64,000 nt of DNA from contig OZ241841.1 in NCBI GenBank assembly GCA_965202665.1, positions 1,792,001 to 1,856,000 on the forward strand, given 5' to 3'. The notes under the pieces were generated by a model that saw only the letters and a program-made list of their open reading frames with translations, was not told the origin of the DNA and made no database searches. Below, one piece after another: positions 18,990 to 28,598 of this stretch (within the stretch, counting starts at the first letter, position 1; the number at the start of each line of letters is the position of its first letter). Origin of the DNA: Candidatus Spongiisociaceae bacterium. Lineage in GTDB: Bacteria > Actinomycetota > Acidimicrobiia > Spongiisociales > Spongiisociaceae. The translations under genes and the position numbers were made by a program.

Positions 18990-19550
18990 ATGACTACAAC
19001 CGCAACCCCCGTGGCCAACGGGGTCAACGTGGAAGCCCTGCTGGGGGCCCGGGACGCCCTGGGGGAAACCCCGGAGGCGGGCCAGTTCACCTGGCGGGCC
19101 ACCAACGAGTGGGTGCATGGAACCCACAGCCGTTCTTCGGTGGAAGGCTATTTCGGCCTGGGCGAAGAGCACGACCACAAGTCGGCTTTCGGCTTTGAGG
19201 CCGACCATCCGCTGGTGTTCGCCGCCGAAGACAACGCGGCCACCCCGGTGGAGATCGTGCTGGTCGGACTGGCCAGTTGCCTGACGGCCGGCGTGGCGGC
19301 GGTGGCCCAGAACCGGGAAATCCAGTTGCGGTCGGTGAAAGCCACCGTGGAAGGCGACATGGACATCGCCGGCATCCTGGGGGCCGACCCCGACGTGCGC
19401 AACGGATTCAGCGACATCCGGGTCACCTACGACATCGACGCCGACGCCTCCCCGGCGGACATCGAAGCGCTGGTGGCGCAGAGCCAGAAGCGGTCGGCGG
19501 TGTTCGACATCGTCACCAACCCGACCAACGTGAGCGTCGCGGTCGCCTGA
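18990..19550 (+). CDS. OsmC-family protein
   Basis: NGVNV, ADHP.VF, TPVE..L.GLASCL, EGD.D..G.LG, RNGF..I.V, RSAVFD. Confidence 0.88.
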   Translation: MTTTATPVANGVNVEALLGARDALGETPEAGQFTWRATNEWVHGTHSRSSVEGYFGLGEEHDHKSAFGFEADHPLVFAAEDNAATPVEIVLVGLASCLTAGVAAVAQNREIQLRSVKATVEGDMDIAGILGADPDVRNGFSDIRVTYDIDADASPADIEALVAQSQKRSAVFDIVTNPTNVSVAVA

Positions 19551-19554
19551 GCCG

Positions 19555-20811
19555 GTGCGTACCACCACCGTCGTAATCGGGGCCGGGCACGCCGGCCTGA
19601 CGGTAAGCCGGTTCCTCGCCGAGCGCTCCATCGACCATGTGGTGCTGGAGCGGGGGGAGGTGGCCCAGTCGTGGCGCGCCCAGCGTTGGGATTCGCTGCG
19701 CCTGCTCACCCCCAACTGGCTGACCCGGCTGCCCGGCCTCTCCTACGACGGAGCCGACCCGGACGGGTTTATGACCATGCCGGAAGTCATCGGGTTCATT
19801 GACCGCTACCGCCGGTTGACGGACGCTCCGGTGCGCACCAACACCCGGGTAACCTCCCTGCGCCCCGCCGACGACGGGTTCGAGGTGGTGACCGACCAGG
19901 GGGTTTGGAACTGCCGTACGGCGGTGCTGGCCACCGGCGGGTTCAACCTGCCCAAAGTTCCGCAGCTGGCCGCCCGGTTGCCCAACTTTATCGACTCGGT
20001 GACCCCCTGCGACTACCGCCGTCCCTCCGATTTGGCGGAAGGCGGGGTGTTGGTGGTGGGGGCGTCGGCCACCGGCATCCAGCTGGCGGAGGAGATTCAC
20101 GACTCCGGGCGGCCGGTCACCCTGGCGGTGGGGGAGCATGTGCGGATGCCGCGCACCTACCGGGGCAAAGACATCTGGTGGTGGATGCTGCGCACCGGCC
20201 GGATGGACGAGCGTTTCGACCAAGTGGAGGATCTGGCCCGCGCCCGGCGGGTTCCGTCGCCGCAGCTGATCGGCTCCCCGGAGCGGCGCACCCTGGACTT
20301 GAACGACCTGACCGGGCGGGGAGTGCGACTGGCGGGGCGGCTGGCCGGGGTGTCCGGCTCCGCGTTGCAGTTCTCCGGGTCGTTGCGCAACAAGTGCCAG
20401 CTGGCCGACCTGAAACTGGGGCGCCTGTTGGATGAATTCGACGAATGGGCCCTGCGGGCCGGTTACAACGGCGAGTTCGGCTGGGGTACCCGCCCGTCGC
20501 CCACCCGGGTGGGGGATTCGCCTCCGCTCGCCTTGGATTTGGCCCGGGGGGAAATCAAAACGGTGCTGTGGGCCACCGGGTTCGAGCCGGACTATTCCTG
20601 GTTGGACGTGCCGGCCCTGGACCGCAAAGGCCGCCTGCGGCACCAAGGCGGGGTGGTCTCCGACTGGCCCGGGCTGTACCGCATCGGATTGAACTTTCTG
20701 CGCCGCCGCAAATCCAGTTTCATCCACGGGGCGGGAGACGACGCCCGCGACATAGCCGACCATCTGGAATCCCACCTGCATCGCCGGGCCCCGGTGGGAG
20801 CGGTTCGATAA
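19555..20811 (+). CDS. FAD/NAD(P)-dependent flavoprotein monooxygenase-like protein (CzcO/MSMEG_0569-like)
   Basis: VIGAG.AGL, RWDSLRLLTPNW, VLVVGASATG.QLA.E, PR.YRG.DI, WATGF..DYSW. Confidence 0.85.
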   Translation: MRTTTVVIGAGHAGLTVSRFLAERSIDHVVLERGEVAQSWRAQRWDSLRLLTPNWLTRLPGLSYDGADPDGFMTMPEVIGFIDRYRRLTDAPVRTNTRVTSLRPADDGFEVVTDQGVWNCRTAVLATGGFNLPKVPQLAARLPNFIDSVTPCDYRRPSDLAEGGVLVVGASATGIQLAEEIHDSGRPVTLAVGEHVRMPRTYRGKDIWWWMLRTGRMDERFDQVEDLARARRVPSPQLIGSPERRTLDLNDLTGRGVRLAGRLAGVSGSALQFSGSLRNKCQLADLKLGRLLDEFDEWALRAGYNGEFGWGTRPSPTRVGDSPPLALDLARGEIKTVLWATGFEPDYSWLDVPALDRKGRLRHQGGVVSDWPGLYRIGLNFLRRRKSSFIHGAGDDARDIADHLESHLHRRAPVGAVR

Positions 20812-20848
20812 AACCGGCGGCGGGGACGGCCCACCAGGGGGGCGCGGG

Positions 20849-22285
20849 TCAGTCGGGGGGAGGGGGTTGTCGGAAATGTTCGCGGAGGGCGAGGCGGGCG
20901 GCCCCCACTCCGCACATTCCGTGTACGCCCGGTCCGGGCGGGGCGGCCGCCGAGCACAGGTACACCCCCGGCATTCCGGTTCGGTAAGGGCGGAGGGACG
21001 GGCCGTTCCAGCCCAGCAGGCGGGCGGCCCCCATGGCCCCGGCGGCGATGTCCCCGCCCCGGTAGTTGGGGTTGTATTCCTCCAGGTCGGCCGGGGCGAG
21101 CGCGTTGCGGGCCAGCACCAGGCCGGCGAAGCCGGGGGCGTAGCGCTCGATTCTTTCCTCTATTCGTTCCAGCATCGGACGGCCCCCGGGGGTTTTGCCA
21201 TCGCCGTATCCGTTGGGGACTTGGGCGTACACCCAGGCGGTGTGGCGGCCCGGCGGGGCCCGGCCCGGATCGAACAGGCTTTGCTGGCCGACCAAAACGA
21301 ACGGATGATGCGGGGTCCGTCCCCCGGTTACCGCCCGCAGGGAGGCGGCCGTCTCCCCGTATTCCCCTCCCAGATGCACGACCGCCGCCCGGCGGCATTC
21401 GGGGGCGTCCCAGGGAATGGGTCCGGCCAGGGCGTAGTCCGCTTTGTAAGCCGCCGGGCCGTTCCGCATCCGCCCCAGGCGGCGGCGGGCGCGGCGGGGG
21501 AGACGGCCGCCGAACACTTCCGCCAAAGCGGCCGGGTGGGTGTCGAACAGCACCGCCCGGGCGGAGGGCAGGTCGCCGGGGCGGCGCACCGGGCGGCCGG
21601 TTTCGACAACCCCGCCCCGCTCCCGGAAGAAGGCGGCCAGGGCGTCGGTCAGCCGTTGCGTCCCCCCGGCTACCAGGGGCCACCCGTGTGAGTGGGCCAA
21701 CCCCGCCAAGGCCAGGCCGGTGGCGGCGGCCGCCGGCGAACGCAACGGGGCCATGGCGTGGGCGGCTATTCCGGCCCACAGGGCCCGCCCGGCCGGGGTG
21801 CGCAGCCGCCCGCCCGCCATCGCCTGCGCCAACCCCCGCATCAGATAGGGGGGAGGGGCCGGCCGCCGCACCAGCAGGTCCCGTCCCAGGTCCGCCCGGC
21901 GCGCCGTCAGGGGTTCCATCATCCGCCGCCAGGCGGGCCCGTCCCGGCCCAGCCGGTCGGCGGTCAGCTCCGCGGAGCGCCAGAGGGCGGCGGCCCGTCC
22001 CCCGCCCAGCGGGTGGGCGACCTGAATGTCCGCCCGCCTCCACTCCGCCCCCCGGTTTTCCAGGCCCAGCCGGGCGAAAAAGGGGGAGGCGGCCCCCAGG
22101 GGGTGGAAGGCGGCGCACACGTCGTGTCGGAAACCGGGCAAGGTGAGGGCGGCGGTGCGGGCCCCGCCCCCTATTTCGGGCCGGGCTTCCAGGAGCAGGA
22201 CGGAGCATCCCGCTTCGGCCAGGGTGATGGCCGCCGCCAACCCGTTCGGCCCCGCCCCCACCACCACCGCCTGCGGCTTGGTCAA
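20849..22285 (-). CDS. Phytoene dehydrogenase-like FAD-dependent oxidoreductase
   Basis: AVVVGAGPNGLAAA, GGGART, PGF.HD.C.A.HP, YLCSAA.PPG.GVHGMCG; TTG start overlaps the nhaA stop. Confidence 0.88.
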   Translation of the reverse strand: MTKPQAVVVGAGPNGLAAAITLAEAGCSVLLLEARPEIGGGARTAALTLPGFRHDVCAAFHPLGAASPFFARLGLENRGAEWRRADIQVAHPLGGGRAAALWRSAELTADRLGRDGPAWRRMMEPLTARRADLGRDLLVRRPAPPPYLMRGLAQAMAGGRLRTPAGRALWAGIAAHAMAPLRSPAAAATGLALAGLAHSHGWPLVAGGTQRLTDALAAFFRERGGVVETGRPVRRPGDLPSARAVLFDTHPAALAEVFGGRLPRRARRRLGRMRNGPAAYKADYALAGPIPWDAPECRRAAVVHLGGEYGETAASLRAVTGGRTPHHPFVLVGQQSLFDPGRAPPGRHTAWVYAQVPNGYGDGKTPGGRPMLERIEERIERYAPGFAGLVLARNALAPADLEEYNPNYRGGDIAAGAMGAARLLGWNGPSLRPYRTGMPGVYLCSAAAPPGPGVHGMCGVGAARLALREHFRQPPPPD

Positions 22286-23658
22286 TCCCCCGCGGGCTCC
22301 AATTGTTCGTGGGGGGAGCCGAAGCGCAGGAACAGGGCCCCGGCCACCCCGGCCACGATGGAGCCCACGAAAATGCCCAGCTTGGCGCGATCCAGCAACA
22401 TCTGATCCATGAAGGCCAAGTCGGTGATGAACAGGGCCACCGTGAACCCCACTCCGGCCAGCATCCCCACCCCCAGCACGTGCCGTCCGGTGACGCCGTC
22501 CGGTAATCGCCCCAGACCTAAGCGGGCCATCAGCCAGGCCACCCCGCCCACCCCGATGATCTTGCCGAACACCAGCCCCAAGGCCACCCCTTCCGCCACG
22601 CGGCTGGTTCCCAAAGTGAACAGGTCGGCGCCCGCCAGGCGCACCCCGGTGTTGGCCAAAGCGAACAGGGGCACGATGACGAAAGCACTCCATTTGTGCA
22701 ACTGCCGTTCCAAACGCCACAGGGGGGGCACCGACTCCCGGGCCAAGCTGGCCAGTTTCAACGCCTCATGCTCCACCTTGTCCTGGTATTCCGGCTCTTT
22801 GGGGTTGGTCGGGTAGAGGTCCAGCACCCGGCGCAGGCCCTGGTCGAACTCTTCAGCCCCGTACAAGGGACGGGCGGGGGTTATCAGCCCCAGAACCACC
22901 CCGGCCAGGGTGGCGTGCACCCCCGACTCCACGAACCCGTACCAGGCGATGAGGGCCATCGGAATGTAAAAAGCCAAAGAGCGGATGTTGACCCGGGAGG
23001 CGGCGAAAGTGACGGCCAAGGCGCCCACCCCCACAGTCAGGTAGCCCAACTTCAGATCCTGGGTGTAGAACAGGGCGATGACCAGGATGGCCCCCACATC
23101 GTCCACGATGGCCACCGTCAGCAGAAACAGGCGCACCCCCACCGGCAGGCCCTTGCCCACCAAGGCCAAAATGCCGATGGCGAAGGCGATGTCGGTGGCC
23201 ATCGGAACCCCCCATCCCCGCAAAGCGGGGCCGTCGCCCGCGTTGAGGATGAAGTAGATGAGGGCGGGGATCAGCATCCCCCCCGCCGCCGCCGCAATCG
23301 GCACCACCGCCTTGCGGGGGTCGCGCAGTTCCCCCAGCACCATTTCCCGTTTGATTTCCAGGCCCATCACGAAAAAGAAAATGGCCATCAAGCCGTCGTC
23401 CACCAGATCGCGGACGCTTTCGTGCAGATGGACGAACCCCAGGTCCAAGTCCAGGTAGGAGTCCTGCCAGAAGGCGAAGTAGCTGTCGCCGAAAACGTCC
23501 AGGTTGGCCCACAACATGGCCGCCACCGCCGCCCCCAGCAGGGCCACCCCGGAAGAGGCGGCCACGTTGGTGAATTGGTGGACCGGCAGGATGAAGGTGC
23601 GGGCCAGAAAACGGTCGGAGAATATCCAGTTTTTCGGGCGGTTGGGCATTTCGGTCAT
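22282..23658 (-). CDS. nhaA: Na+/H+ antiporter NhaA
   Basis: DGLMAIFFF..GLEIKRE, GWGVPMATDIAF, AIVDD, SGVHATLAGV, GVGFTVALFI; exact start uncertain (23649/23658/23670). Confidence 0.93.
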   Translation of the reverse strand: MTEMPNRPKNWIFSDRFLARTFILPVHQFTNVAASSGVALLGAAVAAMLWANLDVFGDSYFAFWQDSYLDLDLGFVHLHESVRDLVDDGLMAIFFFVMGLEIKREMVLGELRDPRKAVVPIAAAAGGMLIPALIYFILNAGDGPALRGWGVPMATDIAFAIGILALVGKGLPVGVRLFLLTVAIVDDVGAILVIALFYTQDLKLGYLTVGVGALAVTFAASRVNIRSLAFYIPMALIAWYGFVESGVHATLAGVVLGLITPARPLYGAEEFDQGLRRVLDLYPTNPKEPEYQDKVEHEALKLASLARESVPPLWRLERQLHKWSAFVIVPLFALANTGVRLAGADLFTLGTSRVAEGVALGLVFGKIIGVGGVAWLMARLGLGRLPDGVTGRHVLGVGMLAGVGFTVALFITDLAFMDQMLLDRAKLGIFVGSIVAGVAGALFLRFGSPHEQLEPAGD

Positions 23659-23767
23659 CAGTATAGCCACAACGGGCGGTTGCTAAAAGCGGAAACCGGC
23701 GGGCGGCCCCCCCGTCCGCTTTTTCCCGACTCTCCGCAACCGGAGCCGCCGGTTAGAATGGCCTGCG

Positions 23768-24175
23768 ATGGCCAAGGTCCAAAACCGCTTCGGTCGCCTC
23801 CTGCTGATTTCCCTCGGTTGGTTGATGGCGGGCATAGGGTTCATCGGCATTTTTCTGCCGCTTGTTCCCACCACCGGTCCGGTGTTGCTGGCCGCCTTTC
23901 TGTTTTCGCTGTCATCGGAGCGTTTCGACAGTTGGCTGGCCAACCATCGGGTTTTCGGGCCGATAGTGCGCGACTGGCGGGCCGGGCGCGGGTTCACCGT
24001 CCGGTTGAAGACGACGGCGGTGGCGGCCATCGCCCTCACCTTCGCCGTCACGGTCGGGTTTTTCATCCGGCCCATGCTGGTTCGGTTGTTGCTGGTGGCT
24101 TTGGCGGCGGCGTTGATCATCTACATTCTCTCCTTGCCCACAAAACCGGCCGGTTCCTCGTCCGAACTGGGCTGA
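23768..24175 (+). CDS. YbaN/DUF454 inner-membrane protein
   Basis: G.IGIFLP..PTT..VLLAA, S.RF..WL..H..FGP.VR.W. Confidence 0.88.
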   Translation: MAKVQNRFGRLLLISLGWLMAGIGFIGIFLPLVPTTGPVLLAAFLFSLSSERFDSWLANHRVFGPIVRDWRAGRGFTVRLKTTAVAAIALTFAVTVGFFIRPMLVRLLLVALAAALIIYILSLPTKPAGSSSELG

Positions 24176-24196
24176 ACGCGTCCCCGACGGCGGCGG

Positions 24197-26809
24197 TCAG
24201 AACCGGGCGATGGCCTCCACTACGTTCAGTTTGGCGGCCCGGCGGGCCGGGTAGGAGGCGAAAGCCACGCCCAGGACGGCGGTGGCGGCCACCCAGAACA
24301 GCAGACTGCCCAGCACCGAGGAAACCGTCCACGAGTCGGGCAGCCAGGGGATGAGGAAACTGGTGATGCCGATGTCGTTCAGGGCGCGGACTATCGCCCA
24401 GCCGAACAGGATGCCCAAACCCACCCCCAGCAGGCACCCGAACACCGACACGATGACGGCCTCCATCCGCACCATCCAGCGGGCGGTGGGCCGGTCCAGT
24501 CCGACCGCCCGCAACAGGCCGATCTCCCGGGTGCGTTCAAACACCGACAGGGCCATGGTGTTGGTCACCCCCAGCATTCCGATAATCACCGTTATGCCCA
24601 GCAAAGCCAGAATCAGGTTGAGCAACTGGTTTATGCCCTGCTCGGCCTGGCTCAGCAGATCCTCCTCCGTCTGCACGTTGATGGTGGCCAGCTCCTCCAC
24701 CAGAGGTTGGGCTTCGATGGCCGCCTTCAGGTCGTCCGGGCTGACCCCGGGGGCGGCCTGGATGTAAATTTGGGAGTCGGAGACGGAGTCGAACAGGCCA
24801 GGCCATTCGGAACGGTCGATCAAAATCAGCCCCGTCCAGGCCGGCCCGGCGGCGGTCCCCGCCAGCGTGAAAGTCCGTTCCCCGGCCTGCTCGAACTGCA
24901 AGGTCACTTCCCCGCCGATGGCCCACCCGTTGCCGGCGGCGATGCTTTCCTCCATCACCACCTCCCCGGCGCCCGGATGCAAAGTTCCGGCGCTGGACTC
25001 CGGGGGGACGAAGCGGGCGAAATTGGGTTCGACGGAGGTGATGTTCAGTTCGCTGACGTTCTCTTCGGGCCCGGCGGCCGTTTCCCGGACGGACAGGGTG
25101 CGCACCGGGGCGACCTGCAGGCGGGTAAGATCGCCCACCTGCTCCAAGCCCCGCACCTGGTCGGCCAGTTGGGTGGTGAACCCGGCGGTGGGGTCGAACT
25201 GGCTGCTGGAAGTGATGAACACGTCCGCTTCGACGTCGTCGGCCAGCACCTCGTCGATGGTGGCCCGCAGCGACCCGGACATGGTGGAGGCCAAAGCCAC
25301 CAGGGTGATGCTGATCATCACCGCCCCGGCGGTGGCCGCGGTGCGGCGCGGGCTGCGCATGGCGTTGCGGCGGGCCAGTTTTCCGGCCACGCCGGTGCGT
25401 TGCGCGACCCACCCCAGCAGGTTGGTGATGGGCGCCGCGAACAGGGGGCTGAGAATGAACATCCCGAAGAAGACGATCCCCACCCCGATGCCCACCCAGA
25501 CGACGGCGCTCAGTCCCAGTCCGCCCCCGCCGAACAAACCCAGCCAGGCCGCTCCCACCCCGGCGGCGGCGACCGCCCCTCCGCCCGCGGCCCGCTTGAC
25601 CAGGCTGCGCCGGGCGGGGGCCGCCGCATCTTCGTTGAGGGCGGCCATAATCGGCACGCGGGAGGCGCGCCGGGCGGGGGCCAGCGACGACCCGACGGTG
25701 ACCAGCGTTCCGGCGGCCAAGCCGACGATGATGGTGCGGGCGGCGATAACCAGGGAAGTGGTGGGGAACGTGAGCCCGATCGCCCCCAGGCCGGTCTGCA
25801 GGAGCAACGCGATCAGCAACCCGAAGGCGATGCCCAGCAGGGAACCCAGCACCCCCAGGAACAGGGACTCCAGCAACACGATGGCCATCACCTGGGCCTT
25901 GCCGGCCCCGATGGCCCTCAGCAGGGCCAAATCGCGGGTGCGCTGGCTGACCACGATGCGAAAAGTGTTGTAGATGAGGAAAGCCCCCACGAACAGGGCG
26001 ATGTAGCCGAAAACGGTGAGGAAAGTGGTGAGAAAACCCAGGTTGCCCTGCAACTCGGCCGCCTGTTCCTCGGCCGCCTGCTGTCCGGAAACCGCCGCGG
26101 CGTTGGGGGGAAGCAACGGGTCCATGGCGGCGATCACCTCTTCCACCGGCGTTCCCGGAATCACGTACACGTTGCCGCCCGACACCTTCCCCGGCAGGCC
26201 CAGGGCCTGCTGGGCGGTGGGCAGGTCGAACAGGACCCATCGCGACCCCAGGTTGTCGATTTCGGCCAGCCGGGCGGTCGCCGTCAAAAGCGGCTCCATT
26301 CGGCCCAGTTGTTTGCTGACCAGGCTGATCCGCTCGCCGATTTGGAAACCGTTGGCTTCGGCGGTGGCCCGGTCCAAGGCCACCTGGTCCGGCCCCGCCG
26401 GGTAGAGTCCCTGGTCGATCACGAACCCGGCCGAATCCCCCTCCTCCAGATTGGAGGTGAAAGTGGGGGTTCCCTGGGCGCCGATCACCTCCCCTTCCCG
26501 GTCCAGCAACGACAAACCCTGTCCGGCCAGGGAAGGGTAGGCCCGTTGCACGCCGGGGACGGAGGCCAGCCGGTCGAAGTCTTCCTGGTCCATGAAAGAA
26601 CCCTCCCCGAAGGTGAAATCGGATTCGGTGCGCACCACGATGTCCACTCCGGAGAAAGACTCTTCGAAGATTTCATTGAAGCCCCGGTTGATGGTGTCGG
26701 AGTAGACGTAGACGCCGCAGATCAGGCCCACCCCCAGCACGATGGCCATCAGGGTGAGGGTCATTCGGGCCCGGTAGGCCCACAGGCTTTTTAGAGAAGC
26801 GCGGAACAT
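24197..26809 (-). CDS. ABC transporter permease (FtsX/MacB-like, duplicated)
   Basis: NTF.I.V.QRTR.LALLRA.GA and NT.ALSV.ERTREIGLLRA.G motifs; multiple TMs. Confidence 0.9.
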   Translation of the reverse strand: MFRASLKSLWAYRARMTLTLMAIVLGVGLICGVYVYSDTINRGFNEIFEESFSGVDIVVRTESDFTFGEGSFMDQEDFDRLASVPGVQRAYPSLAGQGLSLLDREGEVIGAQGTPTFTSNLEEGDSAGFVIDQGLYPAGPDQVALDRATAEANGFQIGERISLVSKQLGRMEPLLTATARLAEIDNLGSRWVLFDLPTAQQALGLPGKVSGGNVYVIPGTPVEEVIAAMDPLLPPNAAAVSGQQAAEEQAAELQGNLGFLTTFLTVFGYIALFVGAFLIYNTFRIVVSQRTRDLALLRAIGAGKAQVMAIVLLESLFLGVLGSLLGIAFGLLIALLLQTGLGAIGLTFPTTSLVIAARTIIVGLAAGTLVTVGSSLAPARRASRVPIMAALNEDAAAPARRSLVKRAAGGGAVAAAGVGAAWLGLFGGGGLGLSAVVWVGIGVGIVFFGMFILSPLFAAPITNLLGWVAQRTGVAGKLARRNAMRSPRRTAATAGAVMISITLVALASTMSGSLRATIDEVLADDVEADVFITSSSQFDPTAGFTTQLADQVRGLEQVGDLTRLQVAPVRTLSVRETAAGPEENVSELNITSVEPNFARFVPPESSAGTLHPGAGEVVMEESIAAGNGWAIGGEVTLQFEQAGERTFTLAGTAAGPAWTGLILIDRSEWPGLFDSVSDSQIYIQAAPGVSPDDLKAAIEAQPLVEELATINVQTEEDLLSQAEQGINQLLNLILALLGITVIIGMLGVTNTMALSVFERTREIGLLRAVGLDRPTARWMVRMEAVIVSVFGCLLGVGLGILFGWAIVRALNDIGITSFLIPWLPDSWTVSSVLGSLLFWVAATAVLGVAFASYPARRAAKLNVVEAIARF

Positions 26810-27550
26810 TTACCTCTCCAAACCTATGATGCGGTCCAGCACCCGCTCCGGGGTGGGGTCGGTCATTTCCGACACGATCCGCCCGTCGGCCAGAAACACC
26901 ACTCGTCCGGCGTGGCTGGCGGCCACCGCGTCGTGGGTGACCATCACAATCGTCTGCCCGAAGTCGCGCACCGCCCCGGCCAGGAAGTCGAGCAGTTCGC
27001 CGCTGGCCGCCGAATCCAAGTTGCCGGTGGGTTCGTCGGCGAAGATCAGGTCGGGGCGGGCCGCCAGCGCCCGGGCGGCCGCCACCCGTTGCTGCTGCCC
27101 GCCGGACAGTTCGGAGGGGCGGTGGCGGAGCCGGTCGCCCAAACCCAAAGTTTCCACCACCTGGTCCAGCCATTCCCGGTCCGGTTTGGAGGAGGCCAGA
27201 TCGGCGGGGAGGGTGATGTTCTCTTTGGCGTTGAGGGTGGGCACCAGGTTGAACGCTTGGAAAATGAAACCCACCCGGCGGCGGCGCATGCGGGTCAGCT
27301 GCCGGTCGTTGAGTTTTGAAATGTCCTGGTCGCCGATCCACACCGTGCCTTCGGATACTTCGTCCAGTCCGGCCATGCAGTGCATGAGGGTGGATTTACC
27401 GGAGCCGGAGGGCCCCATCACCGCCACGAACTCCCCGGCGTGGAAGGAGACCGACACCTGGTCCAGGGCGGTGACCCGGGTGTCGCCGGAGCCGTATATT
27501 TTGGTTATTTCCTCGGCGCGGGCGGCGGCGGTCGGGGCGGGCGCAGTCAT
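26810..27550 (-). CDS. ABC transporter ATP-binding protein (LolD-like)
   Basis: [36 protein letters not shown]. Confidence 0.93.
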   Translation of the reverse strand: MTAPAPTAAARAEEITKIYGSGDTRVTALDQVSVSFHAGEFVAVMGPSGSGKSTLMHCMAGLDEVSEGTVWIGDQDISKLNDRQLTRMRRRRVGFIFQAFNLVPTLNAKENITLPADLASSKPDREWLDQVVETLGLGDRLRHRPSELSGGQQQRVAAARALAARPDLIFADEPTGNLDSAASGELLDFLAGAVRDFGQTIVMVTHDAVAASHAGRVVFLADGRIVSEMTDPTPERVLDRIIGLER

Positions 27551-27803
27551 AGGGTTTCCTTTCGATGGGGGATTTCCAGGCTTTGGCGCGGTTGGGCCGG
27601 GTTGTTGCGCACAGGCTCAAACCCGGTTCCAATTTCAGGCTAGCACCGCCCGATTTTTAGTTGTCACGGGAGTATCGCCGCCCATCGTTAACCGGCCCGC
27701 CGGGCGACTTGCTTGGGAACCAGGCCTCCGCGGCGGGGCCGGGTTCTCACCGAGAAACCCGTTTATGAGCGATAGTCGGCGCGGGGCGGCTAGTATTCGG
27801 AGC

Positions 27804-28463
27804 ATGACAACTATGCCCATGGATACGGTACGGGAAGAAGTAGAAACCCTGCTGTCGGTCAACGACGAGGCCCGGGAGCGGATAATCGAAATCCGGGATC
27901 AGGAGCCCGGCGAAGAAGAGTACGGGTTGCTGATTGAGATCACCGGGGTGCGGGGAATGCAGTTCGACTATTCGCTGTCGTTCACGCCCCTCAGCGAGGC
28001 GGGGGCGACCGACAACGTGGAACGGCATGGGGGGCTGGCGGTCATCATCCCCGCCGCCCACGCCGACAACATGAGGGGGGCCGTCCTTACCATGTCCTCC
28101 GATCCGATGTCGCCCGGTTTGGCCATCGACAACCCCAACGGACCCTCGCCCGTCATGCCCTCCGCCCCGCCCGGCGACCTGAGCGGCCCCGTCGCCGAAC
28201 GGGTGGAGCAGGTGCTGGCCGAACAGGTCAACCCGGCCATCGCCTCCCATGGCGGCCAGGCCCGGCTGATTAGCGAAGAAAACGGGGTGGTCTATCTGCA
28301 GTTGGGAGGCGGGTGCCAGGGATGCGGAATGGCCGCCGTCACTTTGCGCCAAGGGATAGAACGCATATTGCGGGAAGCCGTCCCCGACATTGTGGAAGTG
28401 GTGGATGTAACCGACCATCAGAGCGGGGACAACCCCTACTACGCCGCCTCCAAAAAAGGCTGA
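27804..28463 (+). CDS. nfuA: NfuA-like Fe-S biogenesis protein (degenerate A-type domain plus NifU-C)
   Basis: IDNPN, VNPAIASHGG, GGGCQGCG, TL.QGIE, DVTDH..G.NPYY. Confidence 0.88.
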   Translation: MTTMPMDTVREEVETLLSVNDEARERIIEIRDQEPGEEEYGLLIEITGVRGMQFDYSLSFTPLSEAGATDNVERHGGLAVIIPAAHADNMRGAVLTMSSDPMSPGLAIDNPNGPSPVMPSAPPGDLSGPVAERVEQVLAEQVNPAIASHGGQARLISEENGVVYLQLGGGCQGCGMAAVTLRQGIERILREAVPDIVEVVDVTDHQSGDNPYYAASKKG

Positions 28464-28512
28464 CAAAGACCTGTTTGCCGCACCTGCCGGGCGCCCGTCG
28501 ACCTAATTATTT

Positions 28513-28556
28513 TTTTACCCGCCGTTTACCCGCAGGGTTTCCTCCGTTAACCGCCG
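28513..28556 (+). promoter_or_regulatory. PHO box: four 11-nt direct repeat units upstream of pstS
   Basis: TTTTACCCGCC GTTTACCCGCA GGGTTTCCTCC GTTAACCGCCG, similar to the Streptomyces GTTCACC unit; TAGCGT -10-like box at 28562. Confidence 0.72.
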
Positions 28557-28598
28557 CCTTATAGCGTAGGGCGCAACATTCCCAAAAGGAGAGGTGTG

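Noticed and set aside
23670-23760. Possible Na+/Li+ riboswitch upstream of nhaA
   Set aside because: The intergenic space is short, holds divergent promoters and shows no recognisable motif.
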